Below, one piece after another: positions 7,764 through 18,000 of a DNA stretch of 33,642 nt (position 1 is its first letter; each line of letters opens with the position of its first letter). This DNA comes from an uncultured Christensenella sp. Lineage in GTDB: Bacteria; Bacillota; Clostridia; Christensenellales; UBA1242. A program made the position numbers and the translations under genes. The notes under the pieces were generated by a model, which was not told where the DNA came from, ran no database searches, and saw nothing but the letters and a program-made list of their open reading frames with translations. The DNA lies in the NCBI GenBank assembly GCA_949294585.1, contig CASFHZ010000003.1, forward strand, positions 1 through 33,642, given 5' to 3'.

Positions 7764-10700
7764 TTAATCATTAAAGTCATCAAACTCATCAAACAAGTTA
7801 TCAACATCAATATTGTTTTCATTATTCAAATCTTCTTGTGTAATAACATCACTGTGTTCTGCATTGTTGTTATCAAAATCAATACTTACATCTTTAAGTT
7901 CTTCTTCAACTTCGTGACCAAGGTTTGGAGTATCCAAATCATCATTAGATAGTTCTTGAATTGATATTTCAGTGTTGTCCTCAGTTAATATTTTTACATC
8001 AAGTCCAAGTGATTGCAATTCTTTAATTAAAACTTTGAAGCTTTCTGGAATTCCAGGTTCTGCAATTGGTTGACCTTTAACAATTGCTTCATATGTTTTT
8101 GTTCTTCCAACAATATCATCAGATTTAACTGTTAATATTTCTTGAAGTATTGAAGATGCACCATATGCTTCAAGAGCCCAAACTTCCATTTCACCAAATC
8201 TTTGTCCACCAGACATTGCCTTACCACCAAGTGGTTGTTGTGTAACAAGAGAGTATGGTCCAGTTGAACGAGCGTGCATTTTTGAATCAACCATATGGTC
8301 AAGTTTTAACATATACTTGTAACCAACAGTTGCAGGGTGATCAAATGGTTCACCAGTTCTTCCATCATATAGTTGAATTTTTCCATCAGCTGGGAAATTG
8401 TTTGCAATAAGAAGTTGTTTAATTGAATCGGCATTAGCACCGTCAAAAACTGGTGTTGCAACTTTCCAACCCAATGTTCCTGCAACAAGTCCAAGGTGAA
8501 CTTCAAGAACCTGACCAACGTTCATACGAGATGGAATACCTAGTGGGTTAAGAACAATGTCAAGTGGTTGACCGTTTGCCATAAATGGCATATCTGCTTC
8601 TGGCAATACTCTTGAAACAACACCTTTGTTTCCGTGACGACCAGACATTTTATCACCAACAGAGAGTTTTCTTCTTTGTGCAACATACACTTTAACAAGC
8701 ATATTAACACCAGCATCTAACTCATCTTTATTTTTTCTTGAGAACACTTCAACATTAACAACAACACCACCTCTACCATTTTTAACTCTTAGTGATGTGT
8801 CCCTAACTTCTCTTGCCTTATCACCAAATATTGCACGAAGCAATCTTTCTTCTGGTGTTAGGTCTGTTTCGCCTTTTGGTGTAACTTTACCAACCAAAAT
8901 ATCTCCTGCTCTAACCTCTGTTCCAACACGAACAATACCTCTTTCATCAAGGTTTTTAAGAGCTTCTTCACCAAGGTTAGGAATATCTCTTGTTATTTCT
9001 TCATCGCCTAGTTTTGTTGAACGACAAGGCATTTCTTCAACTTTTAGTGTTATAGATGTGTAAACATCTTCCTTTACTATTCTTTCACTAATCAAAATAG
9101 CGTCTTCGTAGTTGTATCCTTCCCAGTTCATATAACCAACAAGAACATTTTTACCAAGAGCAAGTTCTCCGTTTTGTGTTGTGTAGCCGTCTGCTAACAA
9201 ATCGCCAACTTTAACTCTTTGACCTTTAACGCAGTTTGGTTTTTGGTTGTTACAAGTGTCTGCATTTGTCTTTTTAAATTTAATTAATTTATAAACATCT
9301 TCTTCACCGTTATCGGTTAGAACTTTAATGTAGTCACCACTAACATATGTTACAGTACCTTCTCTTTTTGCAGTAATCATATCACCACAATCTTGAGCAA
9401 CAGGTCTTTCCATTCCAGTTCCAACAATTGGAGCTTCTGGTCTTAAAATAGGAACAGCCTGACGTTGCATATTTGAACCCATAAGTGCACGGGCAGAGTC
9501 ATCGTTTCCAAGGAAAGGAATTAATGCAGTTGCTGCAGAAATAAATTGTCTTGGAGAAACATCAACCAAATCAACCATTGATTTTGGAACTTCAACAATT
9601 GCATTTCTATATCTGCAAAGAACACGGTCGTTTACAAATCTGTTGTTTTCATCAAGAGGTTCAACTGCTTGTGCAATATAGCAATTGTCTTCTGCATCAG
9701 CCATATAATACTCGTATGAGTTAGAAACAACTCCTGTTTGTTTGTCAACTTTTTTATATGGTGTTTCCATAAAACCATATTCGTTTATTTTTGCATAAGA
9801 TGCAAGTGTGTTAATAAGACCAATACTTTGACCTTCTGGTGTTTCGATAGCACATATTCTGCCATAGTGTGTGTAGTGAATATCACGAACTTCAGCAGAT
9901 GCTCTTTCCTTCTTTACACCTCCAGGACCAACAGCAGAGAATTTTCTCTTTTGTGTTAAACCACTAAGTGAGTTAATTTGGTCCATAAGTTGAGAAAGTT
10001 GAGATTGAGCAATAAAATCTTTTAATGATTTATTAACAGGTCTTGGATTTACAATTTGTGTTGGTGTAACTTCGCTTAGTTCTTTACCTTGCAAAGTTTC
10101 TTTTATGTTTGCACCAAGTTTTTTAACACCTGCTCTAAATGCATTTCCAATAAGTTCTCCAACAGAAGCAACCCTTTTGTTTGACAAGTGGTCGATGTTA
10201 TCAACATCTCCAATTCCCTCAATTAAATCAAGATAATAACTTATTGTTGCCAAAATGTCGTCCATTGTTAATGTTGTTATCATTAACTCTTTTGCATTTG
10301 CTTTAATTGCTTCCAAACGCTTTTCTTTTGTTTTGTTTTCTTTAAGTATTTGTACAAATTTTGGATAGTAAACATCTTCAAGAATACCCAATTCTTTTTC
10401 ATCGCAAGGGAAAACTTTGCTTAATTTAACACGATTGTTTCCTCTAATTAAGTGATGTCTTCCGTTAAGTTCAACATAAACTTCGTTAATTCCACTGTCT
10501 TGAATTTGTCTTGCAACTTCAGCACCAATTGTTTCGCCTGCTTTAACAACAACTTCATCATCAATAACAATGTTTTGAGCACTCTTTAACCCTGTTATTC
10601 TTGTTGCAATTGAAAGTTTTTTGTTCATTTTGTATCTACCAACACGATTAATGTTGTAGTATGCATCTGTGAAGAATAACAAATTAATGTAATTTCTTGT

Positions 10701-11468
10701 GCTTTCAGCAGAAGGAACATCGGCAGGTCTTGTTTTTCTTGCAAGTTCAATTAATGCTTCATCTTGAGTTGTTTGAGGTTCTTTTTCAATGACTTGCTTA
10801 ATTAATCTGTGGCCACCAAACATATTGATTATTTCATCATTTGTGTAACCAAAGCACTTTAAGAAAATGCCAAGTGTTATTTTGTAACTTCTATCAAGAA
10901 CAATTTTTAGAACTTCATTTGCACCTTGTTCTATTTCCACCCACATACCGTGATTTGGATAGATTTGACCTCTTAGTGTGGAATTGTCATCTTTATCTCT
11001 TGTGAAATAAACACTTGGAGAACGGGTAACTTGACTTACAACAACTCTTTCAATTCCATTAAATATAAAAGAACCTTGGTCTGTCATAAGTGGAATATCT
11101 CCAAGATAAACTTCTTGGTCAATTGCTTCACCACTATCTTCAATAACAAGTCTTGTTTTTACTTTTAATGGGAAAGAATATGACAAACCTCTTCTTATGC
11201 ATTCTCTTATGTCATATTTTGGTTTTTCTGTCATATCAACATCAAGAAAATATAACTTTGCCTTACCACTATAATCGGTGATAGGTGAAAGTTCTTGCAA
11301 GATTTCATAAATACCCTTGTTCAAAAATTCATCATATGCCTTTTTTTGAATGTCAAGCAAGTTAGGCATTTCTGCTATTTCGTCTAGTTTTGCGAAAGAA
11401 TATCTTTCGTTTTTACCACATTTAATTTTTTTAAGTGCTGGCATTGATTGTTGCATAGTTTTATCCAT
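7764..11468 (-). CDS. rpoB: DNA-directed RNA polymerase beta subunit
   Basis: ETPEG, ALMGSNMQRQA, GDKMSGRHGNKG, GGQRFGEMEVWALEAYGA and a Firmicute-type acidic C-tail. AAGGAG abuts the ATG at 11468, so the true start may be the ATG at 11456. Confidence 0.99.
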   Translation of the reverse strand: MDKTMQQSMPALKKIKCGKNERYSFAKLDEIAEMPNLLDIQKKAYDEFLNKGIYEILQELSPITDYSGKAKLYFLDVDMTEKPKYDIRECIRRGLSYSFPLKVKTRLVIEDSGEAIDQEVYLGDIPLMTDQGSFIFNGIERVVVSQVTRSPSVYFTRDKDDNSTLRGQIYPNHGMWVEIEQGANEVLKIVLDRSYKITLGIFLKCFGYTNDEIINMFGGHRLIKQVIEKEPQTTQDEALIELARKTRPADVPSAESTRNYINLLFFTDAYYNINRVGRYKMNKKLSIATRITGLKSAQNIVIDDEVVVKAGETIGAEVARQIQDSGINEVYVELNGRHHLIRGNNRVKLSKVFPCDEKELGILEDVYYPKFVQILKENKTKEKRLEAIKANAKELMITTLTMDDILATISYYLDLIEGIGDVDNIDHLSNKRVASVGELIGNAFRAGVKKLGANIKETLQGKELSEVTPTQIVNPRPVNKSLKDFIAQSQLSQLMDQINSLSGLTQKRKFSAVGPGGVKKERASAEVRDIHYTHYGRICAIETPEGQSIGLINTLASYAKINEYGFMETPYKKVDKQTGVVSNSYEYYMADAEDNCYIAQAVEPLDENNRFVNDRVLCRYRNAIVEVPKSMVDLVDVSPRQFISAATALIPFLGNDDSARALMGSNMQRQAVPILRPEAPIVGTGMERPVAQDCGDMITAKREGTVTYVSGDYIKVLTDNGEEDVYKLIKFKKTNADTCNNQKPNCVKGQRVKVGDLLADGYTTQNGELALGKNVLVGYMNWEGYNYEDAILISERIVKEDVYTSITLKVEEMPCRSTKLGDEEITRDIPNLGEEALKNLDERGIVRVGTEVRAGDILVGKVTPKGETDLTPEERLLRAIFGDKAREVRDTSLRVKNGRGGVVVNVEVFSRKNKDELDAGVNMLVKVYVAQRRKLSVGDKMSGRHGNKGVVSRVLPEADMPFMANGQPLDIVLNPLGIPSRMNVGQVLEVHLGLVAGTLGWKVATPVFDGANADSIKQLLIANNFPADGKIQLYDGRTGEPFDHPATVGYKYMLKLDHMVDSKMHARSTGPYSLVTQQPLGGKAMSGGQRFGEMEVWALEAYGASSILQEILTVKSDDIVGRTKTYEAIVKGQPIAEPGIPESFKVLIKELQSLGLDVKILTEDNTEISIQELSNDDLDTPNLGHEVEEELKDVSIDFDNNNAEHSDVITQEDLNNENNIDVDNLFDEFDDFND

Positions 11469-11535
11469 CTCCTTAAATTAGATTTAAAGAAGCACATACT
11501 TCTTTTTAACAATTTGCTAATTGTTCTCATAACGC

Positions 11536-11590
11536 AAAAATAACAAGCAAAATTTACACAGAACTTCCCCGTGTTTTATGCTTGTATTTT
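11536..11590 (-). promoter_or_regulatory. Long hairpin with U-rich tail in the rpoB 5' leader (possible attenuator)
   Basis: RNA ACAAGCA..ACACGGGG-AAG-UUCUGUGU..UGCUUGU-UAUUUUU. The G-U pairs form only on the transcribed (minus) strand. Confidence 0.55.
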
Positions 11591-11649
11591 ACAATATTAA
11601 ATTAGAATATTTGAATTTTAATCACTATTTGAACAATATTCCTTGAGAA

Positions 11650-11678
11650 AGTATATATTTTTAAATTAAATTTGTCAA
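11650..11678 (-). promoter_or_regulatory. sigma-A promoter of rpoBC
   Basis: TTGACA (11678-11673), 17 bp, TATACT (11655-11650), with AT-rich upstream sequence. Confidence 0.9.
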
Positions 11679-11781
11679 CATAATTACCAAAAATATTTTG
11701 TATTTTTTTATAATTTTTGACCAAAAACACAATATGTAAACATAAATATATTCACTAAATTAACATTTTATTATATAAAAC

Positions 11782-11810
11782 AAAAAACGAGAGGAACTTA
11801 TTCCCCTCGT
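11782..11810 (-). terminator. Intrinsic terminator of the giant-gene operon (hairpin A)
   Basis: Minus-strand RNA ACGAGGGGAA-UAAG-UUCCUCUCGU followed by a U-tract. Confidence 0.8.
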
Positions 11811-11834
11811 CATTAGTGTTAGGACCAAATAAAA

Positions 11835-11987
11835 TTAGACTGCCGAAAAACAAGTGAGGCGAGGCTCGTAAAATACCCAAAAGCAGGAGTTTAGTTACCT
11901 AAATGACTGTTTTTGGGTGTTTTACAGTAAACAAAGCAAGAAAAAATTTTCTAATTTTTTCGGTCACGCCGTTTTTCGACAGTCTAA
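11835..11987. mobile_element. MITE-like non-autonomous element / structured intergenic repeat
   Basis: 17-bp terminal inverted repeats TTAGACTGCCGAAAAAC / GTTTTTCGACAGTCTAA (1 mismatch), internal hairpins at 11868-11925 and 11940-11961, no ORF, more GC-rich than its flanks. Confidence 0.65.
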
Positions 11988-12010
11988 CGAGGGGAATTTA
12001 TTCTCCCTCG
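11987..12010. repeat. Hairpin B, an imperfect copy of hairpin A
   Basis: ACGAGGGGAATTTATTCTCCCTCG versus ACGAGAGGAACTTATTCCCCTCG at 11787-11809. Both are self-complementary. Confidence 0.7.
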
Positions 12011-12018
12011 CTTTCTTT

Positions 12019-15000
12019 CTAATTTGTCATAACTACCCCTTGTGTTTGAACATTGATATATCCATAACATTTATCTGGAGTTTGACTATTGAATGAGAAT
12101 GCTTTGCCATTTATTAAAATGTCATAGTTTAAGTTGTCATCAAAATTAATATTTTCGGTGTTTAAACCTTTATAATTTAACCAACTTAAATATGTGTTAA
12201 ATTCTTTTGCAATACCATTATCATCTAAGCCATTTCTCAAATTAGAAATTGTTAAATTAATATTTGTGTAGATATCAATTTTGTTTGTGCTTTGTGAACT
12301 TGAAAGTGTAATTTTGCTTGCCCAATAAGAACTTGAAGCAACATTTTCGTATCCACCAATTAGTCCACCAGCCCAAACATTGTAATTTATACTATCAGCA
12401 TCAATTCCACTTGTGCCATAAACACTTATAGTTTTTGATGTTAAATTTGTGTATAGTTTGATATCCTTAAAACTTAATTTGTTGTTTTCCAATGCTTCGC
12501 CGTCAGTGTTGTAGCCACTTATAACACCAATTAAACCACCAACATAAACATCAATCGTTGAAGTGTCGGTTGCTGGTTTATTTAATTGCAATGTTACATA
12601 ACTATCAGTTGAACCAACGATTATGTTTGACATTATCACATTAACATTTGCAGTTTGATTTGCAACAAGTTCTCCAACAACTGCACCAACTGCTTGTCTT
12701 GCTTGAACATCGCCATAAACATAGCAATTTTCAAATGTTGCACTTTGAAGAACTTTTCCTGCAATACCTCCAACAACTTTAACTGTTAGTGATTTATCAA
12801 CAACAACATTTTCATATATAGTGCAATTGCTTATTGTTCCATTTCTTACTATTCCTGCAATTCCACCAATTGCAATAGGTATTCTTGGCTCTAGTTTAAA
12901 CAGGTCATAACCTTCAACATCTTCACCTTGTTCAACTACCACATTTGTCAATTTACCTCTTACATCACCTGCAATTAAACCACCATATGCACTTGCTCTT
13001 ACAAAGTTTTTGTCTGAGTAGATTGGCATTAATGTTATGTCGCTAACTTCAACATTTCTTCCAATTCCACCAAACATTAAACCACTAACCATTCCTATTG
13101 AAGCAACTTCGCTATTTATGCTAACTCTTTGTAATTTGCCTTGTCCTCCAACATAGCCAATAACTCCACCAGAATATGCAACCTTGCTGTTGTCACCACC
13201 AATTTCTTCATATAAAATTTCGTTTTGTGCACTTTCCGATGTCCAGTCACTGCCCATATATGTTAAGTATGCATTTGCAGAAGCAGAAGATGATATGTTT
13301 TGAATGTCAAATGCTGAATTTGTTATTCCAAACACACCTCCAACAATATCTCTACCCAAAATTACAATTCCATCACTGTTTTGTGAGTATCCATCAACTG
13401 TTATGTTGTAAACATATGCTCTTTGAACCGTTCCCGCAACTGTACCAACATTATATGCATTAGGCAAGTTGATGTATTTTGGTACAAAAGTTAGGTTTTG
13501 AATTGTTGCATATGTGCTAGAATTTCCTATTTGAGCAAAGAAGCCACCACTGTATAAACTTTCATTTGTGTTTATTGAAAATCCAGAAATTTTAAGCCCA
13601 TTTCCCTCAATATATCCTGTTATTACAGTTCTATACAAATTGCTAACAACAACACCTTCACTTGAATAATCAATATCTCTAACAATTCTATAATTTAAAG
13701 AGTTCTCATCTTTGTATGAACCATTAATTATTTCTGCTTCTAGTTGTGTTGCCGAATATATAATAATTGGGTTATATATTGAACCTTCGCTTGCGTATAT
13801 GCTTTCAATTGGTTTATAGGTATAAATAATTTCTCCTGTTTCTTCGTTTACATTTGATGTGTCAATTTCAACTTTGCTATAAGCCAACAAATTTGCAGAA
13901 ACAAGTTGAGGTCTGTTTGCAACAAATTGTTGCACTGTGCCGTTATATACATAACTTTCACAAGCAATATATTTGCTGTATTCAAATTCTGATGGGTTTA
14001 TTGTATCTGAAACATTATAGGTTTTTGAATCATTATCTGTTGGATAGAACCACACACCTTTGTTTTTATCACCGTTTGTGTTAATGATAAACTCAGAGAA
14101 AAGTTTTTCGTTTTGTATTATGTTATTTTCAACAACATATCCCGTTGCAAACTCTGCAAGAGTTGTTGCCCTAAGCACATCACTGCTTAAATTATCATTT
14201 GATTGATTTATGTTAACATTAAAGTTTGTATCTTTTAAGAAATAACAGTGTTCAATTATTGCATCAGTTGAATTTGTTATAAAGAATGGATAGTTTTCTG
14301 TGTCTTTATCACCAAGTTTTGATGTTGTGTAACACCTTGAAATTTGTCCATCATTAATGCACACAAATCCTGAGTTTCTTGAAGATGAAATAACAGGAAT
14401 ATTTGCATAACTATCGCTTATTTCGCCCGAATTGCTATATGCGAATGCACCTGCAATTGAAGATGCCCTAACAATGTAATCACCATCATCGGCATACATA
14501 TAAATAACACCTTCACTATATTTACCTTCTATGTAACTTAAAATAATTTTACCATTATTTATTGTTACAAATCCACCCGTTGAGTTATTTACATTTGTAC
14601 TTGAATTTCTTATTAAACTATTTGTTACATAACTGCTTGAAACGTGTCCGTTGTTAACTGCCACAAATCCTGCAAGGTTGGCTCCCGAGGACTCTATTTT
14701 TACACTAACTCTACAATTTGTTATATATCCATTATTTGTTCCAACAAAACCAGAAACATATGATGTGTTTGTTGCTGAAATTGAAGCAGAGTTTGTAACT
14801 TTTAGAGCAGTGTTAAGATTTGACATTGTAACCATACAGTTTGTTATGGTTCCGTTATTTTGTGCTGTTAAAAGTCCAAATATCAATGGTGATGTTGATG
14901 TTAAATTGTTAAATTCCATCATCACAGTGCCATTGCCTTGAATGTCTATTATTAAATTTTCTATGACTGTATCTTGATAAATTTGTTTAAACAAGCCAAA

Positions 15001-18000
15001 TTGATTTACATTTTGATAATTTCCATAATTACCTGTAAAAATAATTTTATTATTGTTTCCATCAAGTTTTTTAATGTCAACATCAATTGGATTAAAGTTT
15101 GATGGAATAACTATATCGTCCATAAGAACATAGTAATTTCCAGCACTCATATTAAGCAAATCTTCTAGGTCGTAAATAGGGAATGCCGATTCTTCTGATG
15201 TTCTTTGATTAACAACAACATTAAATTCTTTTATTTTTGTAATATCAACATCTTCATATTGTTCATTTACAACTTTAATGTATCCACCACTGTATTGCAA
15301 TGTTGCAGAAATACCAAATTGGAATAGGTTTTCTCCAACATAGTTTGGAATAACCTCAAAGTTTTCCTTTATTGTTACATACTGATTATCCAAAGTTGTT
15401 GTGCTAGTTAAAAATTCGTATGTATCAGAAACTTTATAATAGAATGTTGCATTTTCCTTTAAACTTTGTTTAAGTTGTTCAACTGCATTTTGTGCATTGC
15501 TTGAGTGTTCAATTTCAAGTTTATCAATCATATAATCTCTTATATCAACTGCATTTTTAACACTTAAAACCAAGTTGTTATCGCTAAACAATTCTTTAAT
15601 ATCCAAACTTTCCAAAACATATTCAACAACTGTACAAACAATAAATTTCTTTGAACTTTCAACTGTTTGTCCATTTACAACTCTTCTTCCATAATATGTA
15701 ATTGTGAAATCAACACCTTCTTGGTTTGATATATAGTTAATAGAATCAGAAATTTGCAAGTAGTATATTCCATTTTCTTTTGTTATTGTTCCATAAGGTG
15801 AATTGCATTCTATTACAATTTCATTTTCGTTGTATCCAACAGAAGAAACATTTAATGCATATGAATAACCTCTTGCAACATAATAACTTTTTGATGTTGA
15901 TGTTTCATCTTTTGCTTCTTTGTTTGAAATACTAACATCAATTGTTTTATTAATTGCAATAGTCAACACTTTTTGTTGTTGGGAATAAACAATTTCACCG
16001 TTTTCATTATAGAAATTAATGTTAAGAGTAACAGAATCGCCTTCAACAACATTTGTTGCCAATCTGTATAATACTTTTAAATCTCCACCTTTTATTGAAG
16101 ATTTCAAAACCCTAATTCCATTTGCTGTGAAATAGCCTTCTGATGAAACTATTGCTTGATCGGCGTTTTGATATTCTTGCAACAAACCAAATAAAACAAT
16201 TTTTCCACTTTGAATATTTGAGTCTGCGTTTGTTATTTCAATATATGAATAGTCTGCAAATTCTGGCATTACAACCGTTCTTAAAATATTGACTTCTCCA
16301 GCAGTTATTGTATCTGTTTCTTGCATTGTGTAACTTGTGTTATAAATAACATTTCCCTCTGGTGTTGAACCAATAACAATATTTTCATTGTCTGCGAACG
16401 AATAGTTTTTAACAATTACACTTGTTAATGGTTGAGATAGATAATTTACATTAAGAACTTTTATTGCCATTCCATCTGAACCACTGAAAATAAACTGATA
16501 TTCGCCTGTTCTAATTCTATTATCTGTATTCATTGATATTACATAATCAATATAATATTTGTTACTTTCACCACTCACTAAACTTGCATTGCTTTTTGTG
16601 ATGTTAAAATAGTATTGAATTGTACTATTATCGGTTATGTATTCACCTGTTTCTTTGTAACTTACATACAAACTTAAAACATCGTTTACATCATCAGTGT
16701 AGTATTCCACTCTCAACTTGATTGTGTCACTTGGAACAACTGTTACATTTATTTTATCCAATGAAATTGAATAAATGCCTTGTGTGTATTTCATAGTTAA
16801 TTCAAAGTTGGATTGGTCTTTTTCTGTAACAAAAACATAATCGCCATTAACTTTTGTCAAATATCTTTTGTCATTTTCTGCAACATTTAAGTATATATAG
16901 TATTCTATTTTTTCTTGTTCTGAATTTGAACTTCCATTTCCTGTTAAAATTATTGAACTTCCAGATTGTGTAATTTTTACATAGTCATTTCCAACAATTT
17001 CCAACTTAACATTTTGGTTTTCAACTGTTTCAATTATTGTATTTCCTGCACTAAATTCGCTTTGGAATTTTGGATAAACACTAAATGAATTTCTGTTGGA
17101 TAAACTAATTACATCTGTTTGTAGAATTGATGTGCCAATTCTGTCTGGAGTTGTGTAGAGTTCCAATCCTGAAATGTAATTTGTAACAATAACTCTTAAT
17201 GTTATTTTATCATCATAGTTTAAAAGTGAAGTTATTGTTATTTCAACATAACCTGTTGAGTTTAAAACAAGTTGTCCTTGTGCAGATATTGATATAACTG
17301 ATGTTGCACTAGATTGCATACTAACTTCAACATTGTCATCAAAAATGTCACTTGGCAAATTTTGAGTGTTGTATTTTTCAATGTATGTTTGTTTTGTTGA
17401 ATCAACTGCCTTATAGTACATTAAAACAATAGTTTTGTTTGGATATTTTTCAATATTAAACAAAGAGTCTAGTGTTTGAATATTACTTCCGTTGTCGAAT
17501 TGTTTTCCAGTATAAGACAAACCACCTTCTTTTGTTTCAATTTGAACAATATCTCCGTAGTAGTTAGCCAAATTCATTGCAGTTCCATAAGTTACAACCG
17601 TTCTTTTGAAGTATGTTTCTGCAATGTTTTCTGTGTATGTTGGAGTTGATGTGTTTTTTGCATTCAAAATTGCATCGTATTTTGTTCCAAAGTTTGAAAT
17701 AATCAAAGATGCATCTTCGCCAATTTTTGTTCTTGTGTCAATTGCTTGAACTTTGTTATCTTCAATAACTCCAGCACTAACTTGACCAACTAAACCTGCA
17801 ACATAATCTTTGCCTCTAACAAAAACTCGTGCAGTGTTGTTTAAAATTTTACCGTTTTCTATTGCACCAACAAGTCCACCAACATTATCTTTTGAACCGA
17901 TGTCCACAATTCCAGAAACTAGCAAATTAACAATGTTTCCATTCTCGTTATATCCAACTGCTCCACCAACATACGATGCATTAATTGAGTTGTTTACAAC

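Noticed and set aside
7764-11468. Arginine-codon reassignment (e.g. AGG to Met) as a cause of odd RNAP residues
   Set aside because: AGG occurs at conserved Arg positions (EVRDTS, NKRV) and the conserved Met and Trp sites checked use ATG and TGG. CGG was not exhaustively checked.
11384-11530. Upstream ORF (MRTISKLL...) in the rpoB leader overlapping the rpoB start
   Set aside because: No RBS and no distinctive codon content; probably chance.
11782-12010. CRISPR mini-array, tRNA or T-box interpretation of the repeats
   Set aside because: Only two imperfect copies 200 bp apart, no cas genes, no cloverleaf or TTC arm, and no T-box motif.
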